Of a stretch of DNA of 64,000 nt, positions 20,473 through 28,203 are shown one piece after another. The stretch's first letter is position 1, and each line of letters opens with the position of its first letter. Origin of the DNA: Puniceicoccaceae bacterium (lineage in GTDB: Bacteria; Verrucomicrobiota; Verrucomicrobiia; Opitutales; Oceanipulchritudinaceae); the NCBI GenBank assembly GCA_040830765.1, contig JBFOMH010000005.1, positions 160,001 through 224,000 on the forward strand, read 5' to 3'. The position numbers and the translations under genes are program-made. The notes beneath the pieces were generated by a model. It had not been told where the DNA came from, ran no database searches, and saw nothing but the letters and a program-made list of their open reading frames with translations.

Positions 20473-21789
20473 ATGAAGGGGTTTGGGATTTTTTTTATCG
20501 GGGCAGCGATGATCTGTTCGACTGGGTTACAAGCCAAGCAGGTTGTCACAGTTGACAGAATTTCCAGCAGCTTTCCAGTTTATGCAACGGACGTCTCTAG
20601 CGACGGAGCTGTCATTGTCGGAGAGGACTTTCATTACGGGGATGGTCAGTTCACCCAGATACCGGACGTGCTGTTAGTCGGGGTATCCGATGATGGAACA
20701 ACCGCAGCAGGCCTGATCTGGCATGGTTCTTCCGGATCCCCCGGGAGCACTGTTGAGCTCACAGGTTGGGAGGCTGGAAAGTTGAATCCTCTGGGGTATC
20801 CGGTTGGAAGCGAAAATGTACAACCATCTTGCATCTCAGGAGATGGAAATGTCATTGCCGGGTTCGCTTTATTTGAGCCTGGAGGTTGGATGGGCTTCAT
20901 TTGGAAGGATGGTGAATTTTCAATTCTCCAAAACTCTCTGCGACCAATTCTGCTATCCTACGACGGAACTGTAATCATCGGTGAATACCCGGGCTCCCTG
21001 GTGCAGGGTAATTTGGAAAGTGGGGTCTTTGCGGGACTGGATAAACTGCCGATATCCAATGAGTACGGTGTCAATGACATGACCGGAGACGGATCGACAC
21101 TGGTTGGCTATTATCAAATTGCCTCTGAAGGCGGGATGCACCATGCCTGCCGGTGGGTTGATGGAAAGATAGAGGCACTGGAAGAGCTGCCGGGCACCAC
21201 TACCTCAAGTGCGCTTCATGTTTCTGGAGATGGTTCAATCATCCTTGGCAACATGTCGGGAGATGCAACCGACGACATCCTTATTATCTGGCCTGAATAT
21301 AACGGATATAAGCCACTATCCATCAAGGATATGTTGGTCAGCCACGGACATAATCCCAAACACCTGAACAACATATATTTCAACCCGGATACCTACCATG
21401 CCAACGCCATTCTAAGCGAGGATGGAACGACGATTGTTTGCTGGTACAACCACCAAGGCGATCCGCGCAGCTATCTGCTCCGGATCCAGATGCTCAACAT
21501 GTTCGGCCCGCACCGCATCCACGATAACCACTGCGACACCGGCGACTGGATGGGCTGGCTCAATGTCGAGCTGGAGCCATGGGCCTACTGCCTCAAAACC
21601 CAGTCATGGTTCTATATTCCAGAGGCCGTGGCAGAATCCGGCAGCGGCTGGATTTACATACCCAACCTGACCACAAATGTGCCTGAACTCTGGCTCGTCA
21701 TGGAGGGGGAAACAAGCTGGGGCTACAGCTATGGCCTCGGCAAGTGGATGTACGTCACAGCGTCGGGCTGGGTATACCTGTTCGGGTGA
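20473..21789 (+). CDS. Secreted HAF-repeat-like beta-propeller protein with Trp/Tyr-rich C-terminal domain
   Basis: GGAGG RBS before ATG 20473, a signal peptide, repeated (V/I)S-x-DG-x-(V/I)(I/V)G units, and C-terminal TGDWMGWLNV...WAY...WFYIP...GWIY / W-x-Y...WMY...GWVY. Confidence 0.75.
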   Translation: MKGFGIFFIGAAMICSTGLQAKQVVTVDRISSSFPVYATDVSSDGAVIVGEDFHYGDGQFTQIPDVLLVGVSDDGTTAAGLIWHGSSGSPGSTVELTGWEAGKLNPLGYPVGSENVQPSCISGDGNVIAGFALFEPGGWMGFIWKDGEFSILQNSLRPILLSYDGTVIIGEYPGSLVQGNLESGVFAGLDKLPISNEYGVNDMTGDGSTLVGYYQIASEGGMHHACRWVDGKIEALEELPGTTTSSALHVSGDGSIILGNMSGDATDDILIIWPEYNGYKPLSIKDMLVSHGHNPKHLNNIYFNPDTYHANAILSEDGTTIVCWYNHQGDPRSYLLRIQMLNMFGPHRIHDNHCDTGDWMGWLNVELEPWAYCLKTQSWFYIPEAVAESGSGWIYIPNLTTNVPELWLVMEGETSWGYSYGLGKWMYVTASGWVYLFG

Positions 21790-21829
21790 GGATTTTGAGG
21801 ATCCCTAAGGGATAAGCTTTCGTGGCTTG

Positions 21830-21858
21830 CCATCCGAAGCTCATAGAGCGAAGGATGG
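21830..21858. repeat. Bulged hairpin overlapping the tRNA 3' CCA
   Basis: CCATCC-GAA-GCTC-ATA-GAGC-GAA-GGATGG. Confidence 0.5.
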
Positions 21859-21929
21859 TGCGGGCGGCGAGAATCGAACTCGCCCTTCAAGCTTGGGAAG
21901 CTCACGTACTACCGATATACTACGCCCGC
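21856..21929 (-). tRNA. tRNA-Gly (anticodon CCC)
   Basis: Reverse complement GCGGGCGTAGTATATCGGTAGTACGTGAGCTTCCCAAGCTTGAAGGGCGAGTTCGATTCTCGCCGCCCGCACCA: acceptor stem, anticodon loop TTCCCAA, GTTCGA T-loop and encoded CCA. Confidence 0.97.
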
Positions 21930-22017
21930 CTGAAAGGGATTAAGCCAATGGTGGTGCGGGATGTTGGCAAGCCCGAATTGTGAGAGGAATTGCGGGAGGG
22001 AACAAAAAGGAACCAAA

Positions 22018-22980
22018 TCAGGCGGCCCCGAAGTCTTGGGTATGCATCGTTTCAACGGCATCCCGGACGGCTTCAGGATACGGCTGGGTATCGGAGGCGC
22101 GGGCCGGGTCGATCAGCTCATCGAGGTCCTTCGCCCCGGAAAGGGCTAGGGACACACCCGGCTGGTCGAGGATCCAGCGGTAGGTGGCCTGTGGGAGGGA
22201 GGTGACCTCCCCGCCGATCAGAGCGGCTGCGATCTGGTCGGCGTAGTCCACGCGCTCGGCAATCTCCTCGCGGGAGTAGCGGGAATTGAGACTGCCTTCG
22301 GGAAAGACGGTGTCCTTGGTGATAGCCCCGCTGAGGAAGCCATTGGCAAGGCACTCGCGGGCAACCACTCCGCAATTGCACTCAATAGCGGTCTCGATCA
22401 ATGGCCGGGCCTCGCGGTTGAAGGGACTGAGGACCACCTGGATGACATCGATTTTCCGCTGTTGCATCCATTCGGCGGACATGGCGGCGGTATCCTCGTA
22501 CATGGAGACGGAGTGACCTATGAACCGGATCTTTCCCTCCGACTTCAGCTTATCCAGCTCCTCCCAGACATCGTCCTGGATTTCGTTTGGCGTGAACGGG
22601 GAATGAAAAAAGAAGACATCCAGCACCTCGCGCCCCATGCGCCGCAGGCTGGCCTCACAGGATTCGCGGGCCTCCGCGGCGTAAAAGCGTCCGGGGATCA
22701 CATTGGAGGAAGTTCGACCGAACTTGGTCGAGATGATGACCTGATCCCTCGACGCACCGAGTGCTCTGCCGAGGATGGTCTCGGAAATACCGTCCTCCTC
22801 CTTGCTTCCGTAGAGCGGTGCCGTATCGAAGAAGTTGATCCCCTTGTCGATGGCTCCCTGGATGAGGCGCCCGGGAGCTCCTTCATCAACGTCCCCATAG
22901 ATCTTTCCGCTCAGTGCCCATGTGCCGAGTCCGATTTCGCTGACCGACAATCCGGTCCTGCCCAACTTGCGGTAGTTCAT
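22018..22980 (-). CDS. Aldo/keto reductase
   Basis: MNYRKLGRTGLSVSEIGLGTW, GINFFDTAPLYG, ISTKFG and EGKIRFIG. Start set at ATG 22980, immediately after the upstream stop. Confidence 0.92.
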   Translation of the reverse strand: MNYRKLGRTGLSVSEIGLGTWALSGKIYGDVDEGAPGRLIQGAIDKGINFFDTAPLYGSKEEDGISETILGRALGASRDQVIISTKFGRTSSNVIPGRFYAAEARESCEASLRRMGREVLDVFFFHSPFTPNEIQDDVWEELDKLKSEGKIRFIGHSVSMYEDTAAMSAEWMQQRKIDVIQVVLSPFNREARPLIETAIECNCGVVARECLANGFLSGAITKDTVFPEGSLNSRYSREEIAERVDYADQIAAALIGGEVTSLPQATYRWILDQPGVSLALSGAKDLDELIDPARASDTQPYPEAVRDAVETMHTQDFGAA

Positions 22981-22981
22981 G

Positions 22982-23695
22982 CTAGATACCTGTCTCCTTG
23001 ATGATTTGTTCCATCCGGGAAACTGCGTTCCTGAGGACAACCGCCAACTGGCGTGCACCCCTCTCTTCCGAGGCCTCCCGGGGATCATCCCCAGTTATGC
23101 CATCCTCATCGAGAGTCACCGGGCGATCCGGCAGTGCGGCCAGGTCAACCGAGGTCGGGTCAAAATACATCTGGAAGGAAGTTTCGGTGGCCCCGGCATG
23201 GTCCGCCTTGAATTCCTCCCCGAGAAAATGCAGATCCGCCCAGACCTCGAAGTGCGTCCCTTCCGTCTTGCTCTTTGCCCTGTCGGCCCCCACCTGGAGG
23301 GCATCGATCTGTTCCGGCGGATAGTGGCCGGTAAATAGAATCACCACCTTGAATCCCTCGTCTGCCAGTTGCAGACAGAACTCCTCCGCTACCCGGGAGG
23401 CGAGATCCGCCGAGATATCGATGGTATGCGGAAAGCCCTTGAACGGCTTGATGGTGTTGACCCCCATCGGCAGTGGTGGCAGCACCAGGCCGCCCGTCCT
23501 CGCCGCGAGTGCCTTGCAAATGCCATCGGCCTTTGTGGAATCCAGTCCAATCGGGTCATGCTGACTATGCCACTCCAAAGCACCCCAGGGAAGATAGGCA
23601 ATGGGCGACTGTTCCTTGATGGCCTCGATCGCCGCCGGACGCAGGTCACCGTAAACCCCATGGGCGGGGCGTGGCTCTTCAGCGGCCATGCTCAT
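22982..23695 (-). CDS. Creatininase-family amidohydrolase
   Basis: PWGALEWHSQHDPIGLD, FTGH and DHAGATETS motifs. Confidence 0.9.
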   Translation of the reverse strand: MSMAAEEPRPAHGVYGDLRPAAIEAIKEQSPIAYLPWGALEWHSQHDPIGLDSTKADGICKALAARTGGLVLPPLPMGVNTIKPFKGFPHTIDISADLASRVAEEFCLQLADEGFKVVILFTGHYPPEQIDALQVGADRAKSKTEGTHFEVWADLHFLGEEFKADHAGATETSFQMYFDPTSVDLAALPDRPVTLDEDGITGDDPREASEERGARQLAVVLRNAVSRMEQIIKETGI

Positions 23696-25008
23696 GCCAC
23701 CCCGGCCAATTCGAGGATCTTGTTACCGGTCAAGCGCTCCTCCTTGGAGAGGGAATGCGGCGTCTTGGTCCCGTGGATAGCCATCAGCTCATTGAAGTGC
23801 TTCTTTGTCTCCTCGACAAACTCGTCAACTGTCCGCTCGTCATTGAAGAGCTTCATGATCTCCGGCAACCAGCGATGCCCGTAGCGGACATGGTTCTGCT
23901 CATCGTTGCGGTCGAAGGCCAGTAGCGTATCCGCCTCGAAGTCATTCAACTCACGGACCCGGTCCATAACCAGGGCCTTGGTCGGAAAGCTTCCCGCCTC
24001 AAATTCCATTGTCATCATGGCATAGCGTTCCGGCGGACTCATGTGGATGAGCGTGTTGTACAATTCCAGGGAGTGCTCGACCGTGTTCAGGTCGACTCCG
24101 AGCCCCGGCAACTGGCGGTAGCCAAACTGGCTGTGGCGCGATTCGTCCCAGAGGTGACGGGCCAGATCAAAATGCAAGTCAAAGGGAGCTTCCGGCGTAT
24201 CGTAGAAGACTGTCGCCAGATAATCCACCGCATCGAGTTCCATCATCAACCAGACATAGACCATCAGCCGGATGACCTTGGCATCCGTCTTTTTGTCCTC
24301 CAGCCAGGGCCGGACAATAGGATCCGCCTCCGGATCATGACCAAAGACACTGGAGCAGACCGGATAATTTCCCCGGTTGCAGACCTCCGGATGCGTGTAC
24401 TCACTTTCCTGATACACCCATGTATAGTCCGCCGGCAAGGTTGTGCGTGGCTCATTGCCGAGCCAACCACCCAAAGCGGCCATGGCCGACGAAAGGTGGT
24501 CCACCCATTCAGCCGCTTCCACATTGGCCAAGTACGGCACAATCTCCTCAGCATGGCGCACTTCGTCCAAAATGAACTCCTCCACCAGATGCCGCGAGGG
24601 CCAGTCAGCCAGTTGGTGGGTGGCTTCGATGTAGTCCCGGTAGGCCTGGAGGATCGCTGGCTTGATCACCTTGTAGAAGCCTGCCAGGGAAACCATTGGA
24701 TCTTCCGGACGGAGAGCTTCCTCGAAAATCGAACGGAAGCTTTCCCGGACTGTTTCCCCTTTGCCAAAACCGCTCATCTCCCTACCCCGCTCCCGGAGGA
24801 AACGGGCATGCCCGGCAGATTCCCAAACGTGCTGGCAGAGGAGGTATTTCAGTTCAATCTCACCGACCCGGGGAACGAGGGCAGTCGCGCAGCGGACAAA
24901 TTCCCGCTCCACCTCGAAGAGCATGCGTTGGAAAGCGGCCATTTCCTGGACCGCGGCCATGCGACCGGTGGCCGAACGGGCATTGGATGTGGTTGTCGAA
25001 GTCTTCAT
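23692..25008 (-). CDS. Tandem ferritin-like (DUF455-like) putative diiron protein
   Basis: C-terminal half has MELDA...WDESRH...EFE...DEQNH, the E/ExxH/E/ExxH diiron pattern. N-terminal half has HVWESAGH and DEVRH. Confidence 0.7.
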   Translation of the reverse strand: MKTSTTTSNARSATGRMAAVQEMAAFQRMLFEVEREFVRCATALVPRVGEIELKYLLCQHVWESAGHARFLRERGREMSGFGKGETVRESFRSIFEEALRPEDPMVSLAGFYKVIKPAILQAYRDYIEATHQLADWPSRHLVEEFILDEVRHAEEIVPYLANVEAAEWVDHLSSAMAALGGWLGNEPRTTLPADYTWVYQESEYTHPEVCNRGNYPVCSSVFGHDPEADPIVRPWLEDKKTDAKVIRLMVYVWLMMELDAVDYLATVFYDTPEAPFDLHFDLARHLWDESRHSQFGYRQLPGLGVDLNTVEHSLELYNTLIHMSPPERYAMMTMEFEAGSFPTKALVMDRVRELNDFEADTLLAFDRNDEQNHVRYGHRWLPEIMKLFNDERTVDEFVEETKKHFNELMAIHGTKTPHSLSKEERLTGNKILELAGVA

Positions 25009-25029
25009 GAAATTCGTTTTCGTAAACGG

Positions 25030-25953
25030 TTAGCAGATGCGGCCACGCTTGCCGGCGAGGGAGTGTCCGGGTGGCTCAGCCCCAATCCAGCGGTCATCAA
25101 TCGGCTCACTGGCCCGCTGGTAGCGGCTGTCGCTGGAGAGCCGGATGCGGTTTTCGGATCGATTGTCGAGGGAGGCATGGACGAGAAACATGCCAAAGGT
25201 GAGGAAGTCTCCCGCCTCGTATTCGGTGGTCAGCCAGCGCCCGCCAAACTTGTTCCGGACAATGGGCGGGTTGTGGGAAAGCGTCCCGGTGAAGGTCCAG
25301 CCGCCGTCCTCGGCGCGCTTTTTCTGCTCCGGCTTGTTTTCGCAGAATTCGTCGACGTCGCGGAAGACGTAGTTCTTTAGCAGGTCCATCCGCTTGTGGG
25401 AGCCTTCGAGCACCATGAGACCACCCAGCTTGAAGGATATGTCCCCGTAAGGCAGCCAGCAGGTCATGTGCTGGTGCGTTCCCCGGCCCATGTACGGCAG
25501 GTCGCAATGGGGATTGGTTCCCTTTCCTGGACCAATCGCCCGCAGCCAGGTAAAGTCGTAATGCCGGATATTTTCGCCGAAAAGCTTTGTATAGAATTCC
25601 ACTAACCGACCGGAATAGAGCAACTTCTGCACGTGTGGATTGTTATTGGCGAATTCAGGATTAAACCCATAGCCCGAATCATCATGGCAGACGCCTTCCA
25701 TGGGATCGTAGCGTTTGTCGAGGCCACCGGTCTCGGCCATCCGTTCCATGATGCTGGCCCGGCATTCAAGAACCTCATCGCGGTCCAGGTAGCCCTTCAT
25801 GTAGAGGTAACCGTCCTCGGCGACACGACGACGCAGCTCTTCTACGTCATCAGCTGCATCGGAGGAGTCGCGCAGGAGGCCAACCTTGTCATCGTCCATG
25901 TCGAGGGGATGACCGTAGGAATATAACTGGGGAATGGGTGAAAGGGTTTTCAT
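25030..25953 (-). CDS. PhyH-like 2-oxoglutarate/Fe(II) dioxygenase
   Basis: EDGYLYMKG, HCD (HxD) iron motif, TCWLPYGD, GGLMVLEGSH, distal VHAS and RLSSDSRY. Confidence 0.9.
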   Translation of the reverse strand: MKTLSPIPQLYSYGHPLDMDDDKVGLLRDSSDAADDVEELRRRVAEDGYLYMKGYLDRDEVLECRASIMERMAETGGLDKRYDPMEGVCHDDSGYGFNPEFANNNPHVQKLLYSGRLVEFYTKLFGENIRHYDFTWLRAIGPGKGTNPHCDLPYMGRGTHQHMTCWLPYGDISFKLGGLMVLEGSHKRMDLLKNYVFRDVDEFCENKPEQKKRAEDGGWTFTGTLSHNPPIVRNKFGGRWLTTEYEAGDFLTFGMFLVHASLDNRSENRIRLSSDSRYQRASEPIDDRWIGAEPPGHSLAGKRGRIC

Positions 25954-26057
25954 GATTCAAGAGAAGGTTAACTAATAAGGTTTATAAGATGATAATGCAG
26001 AAGAGGGCAATTCTGAATGGTTGAAATGGGAATTGTTTTGTATATATTGGTAAAATC

Positions 26058-26903
26058 ATGAAATCGCCTCCAATGATCCCCCGGGACTGGCTAAAAAGCC
26101 CTATTCAATCAGATTCTGGAAAAATCTGGATGGCCGGCCAACTCTGGGACAAATCGACAATAAATCCCAAGAAAATGCGTATTTTGGGAAGATTTGCCCT
26201 TATCCTTGTCAATCATGGCCGGGCCTTTTACGAGGACAGCACCGGCCGGAACCTCGATTTGGAAGCCGGGAACGCGGTCTTGGTCACCCCCACCCTGGCC
26301 CATGCCTATGGAAGCCGGGACGGTAATAAGTGGGGTCAAACCTTTGTCGTCTTTGATGGCCCCCTCTTTGAGCTATTGCAGGCATCGGAAGCCTTTCGCA
26401 ACAACCAGCCGGTGTGGAAACTTGCCCCGTTGAACTTGTGGCAAAAACGTCTGGAGGAAATCCTTCCCCCGGAACGGGCTGTCAATGAAGTGGCGGCGCT
26501 GGCCCGGGTCCACCAGTTCGGCCAGCTTCTCGTAGAGATGGTCCTTGCCGGGACAGATACTGGAAAATCCCGGGAAAACCTGTGGCTGGAGGAAAGTCAA
26601 CGCCTCCTTGGGGAGCAGCAGGAAGGCCGTTGGATGACCCCGCAGGAAGTGGCCCGGAAGGTTGGCCTGAGTTATGAAAGTTTCCGGAAATCATTTGCTG
26701 CCGCTACCGGAAATCCCCCGGCAAAGTTCCAGCAGCAACGCCGCATCGATCTTGCCTGCGCAGCCATTTACCGGGGCCAGGAAAACTTCAAGCAGCTGGC
26801 TGAACGGCTTGGCTTCTGCGATGTCTACCACTTCTCCAAGGTGTTCCGTCAAGTTACAGGGACGCCCCCCTCCGCTTACCGCAGGGTTGTCCGCGGTAGC
26901 TAG
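26058..26903 (+). CDS. AraC-family transcriptional regulator
   Basis: N-terminal cupin-like region and C-terminal double HTH (LAERLGFCDVYHFSKVFRQVTGTPPSAYR); divergent from the dioxygenase operon. Confidence 0.93.
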   Translation: MKSPPMIPRDWLKSPIQSDSGKIWMAGQLWDKSTINPKKMRILGRFALILVNHGRAFYEDSTGRNLDLEAGNAVLVTPTLAHAYGSRDGNKWGQTFVVFDGPLFELLQASEAFRNNQPVWKLAPLNLWQKRLEEILPPERAVNEVAALARVHQFGQLLVEMVLAGTDTGKSRENLWLEESQRLLGEQQEGRWMTPQEVARKVGLSYESFRKSFAAATGNPPAKFQQQRRIDLACAAIYRGQENFKQLAERLGFCDVYHFSKVFRQVTGTPPSAYRRVVRGS

Positions 26904-28195
26904 GAAGTCGACTCCACCGGTGCCTGCTCCTCTTTCTGCTGGAAGTGGCAACCTTCAAAGGCCGTGTACCCGGTCAGGTCCCTGAAGCCCGGCTCGACGG
27001 CCCAGGGAGCATCCAGCTCGGCAAATGAGCGGCCCTCATGGTAGGATCTCAGGGCATAGTACTCGAGGTCATGGAGGGAATCAAAGACGTCCCCATGTTC
27101 ATCGGTCAGGCGACGGCAGAACGCCTTGGGAACTGTATGAACGGGTGTTGTATCCTGAACCGCATTGACCCACTTGACCTCCCCTTCGGCATGCTGGGTG
27201 CTGCAGTAGTCGACACCCGGTTCCCCGCTGATGAGACGGACGACCTTTTCGAACATCTGTGCCCGCACGTGAAGGTTGTCCATCGTCTGGATTCTTTCGA
27301 TGCCGCCATTGACCTCAAGACTGTGACTGCCTCCGAACCGCCAGGTATAAACGCCCTTGGTCCCGTGGATGCGGATTTCCGGATCAATCCGGTGCATGGA
27401 GCCGTGCGAGAGAATCAGCGATGCCTGGATTCCTGTATCGAGGTTTCCAATACAGCGGACGGTGTCAAAATTCTCGATTGGCTTGCTCCGGTAAAGCTCC
27501 GCCTCCATAGCAACGACATCCGCCCGCTCCTGCAGGGATGGACCGGCAAAGTAGAGGATCATGTTGACCATGTGCGAGAGAGCATTGTGTAGTGGCGAAT
27601 CCAGTACCCAACCCTTGTTGTCGCGGATCTTCCCGGCCCAGTTGTTCCGCTCGTAGTACTCCGTGTTCCTCGGCCAGAGGCCAAAGCTCTCAATCTTGCG
27701 CAGTTCACCAATTTCCCCATCCAGAAAGCGCTGTTTAATGGCGATGGTGTCCCTTCCATAGACATGCTGGAATCCGATTGCCACCGGGAGTCCGGAAGCC
27801 TTTTCGGCCGCCTTTATCGCAGCAACCCCCTGGAGGGTCGGGGCCATGGGCTTCTCGAGAAGGACCGGCACCCCGCGCTGCAAACTGTCAACAGCCATGG
27901 TCTCGTGCCAACTGATGGCAGTCGGTATGCAGAGCCAGTCGAGGTTGTCGGCCTCGGCATCGAGCATCTTTTGGTAATCATCGTAGACAGGAACCTTGTT
28001 AGCCCGGAAGAACTGCATTGGAACCGGGGCATCCTGTGGATTGATAATGGTTGCCGCGCCCCACTCCACCAAGCCGGCCTGGACCAGCTTGGTCAGCTCC
28101 TCATAGTAGGCAAAGCCATAGCCTGTCGCCCCGATCAGGCCGACCCGCAGTGGGCGACTCGGTCTGCCGTTGGCTAATTTGGATGATGCAGCCAT
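26900..28195 (-). CDS. Gfo/Idh/MocA-family NAD(P)-dependent oxidoreductase
   Basis: VGLIGATGYG, VLLEKPMA and DSPLHNALSH motifs. Confidence 0.9.
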   Translation of the reverse strand: MAASSKLANGRPSRPLRVGLIGATGYGFAYYEELTKLVQAGLVEWGAATIINPQDAPVPMQFFRANKVPVYDDYQKMLDAEADNLDWLCIPTAISWHETMAVDSLQRGVPVLLEKPMAPTLQGVAAIKAAEKASGLPVAIGFQHVYGRDTIAIKQRFLDGEIGELRKIESFGLWPRNTEYYERNNWAGKIRDNKGWVLDSPLHNALSHMVNMILYFAGPSLQERADVVAMEAELYRSKPIENFDTVRCIGNLDTGIQASLILSHGSMHRIDPEIRIHGTKGVYTWRFGGSHSLEVNGGIERIQTMDNLHVRAQMFEKVVRLISGEPGVDYCSTQHAEGEVKWVNAVQDTTPVHTVPKAFCRRLTDEHGDVFDSLHDLEYYALRSYHEGRSFAELDAPWAVEPGFRDLTGYTAFEGCHFQQKEEQAPVESTS

Positions 28196-28203
28196 GTTGC
28201 TGT

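Noticed and set aside
20489..20496. T8 tract in a signal-peptide region (and A8 at 15724-15731) as phase-variation sites
   Set aside because: Both tracts are short and both genes are in frame; there is no evidence of slippage from one sequence.
21952..21960. TGGTGCGGG duplicate of the tRNA 3' end as a possible att site
   Set aside because: It is only 9 bp, lies on the 5' side of the tRNA, and there is no integrase in the window.
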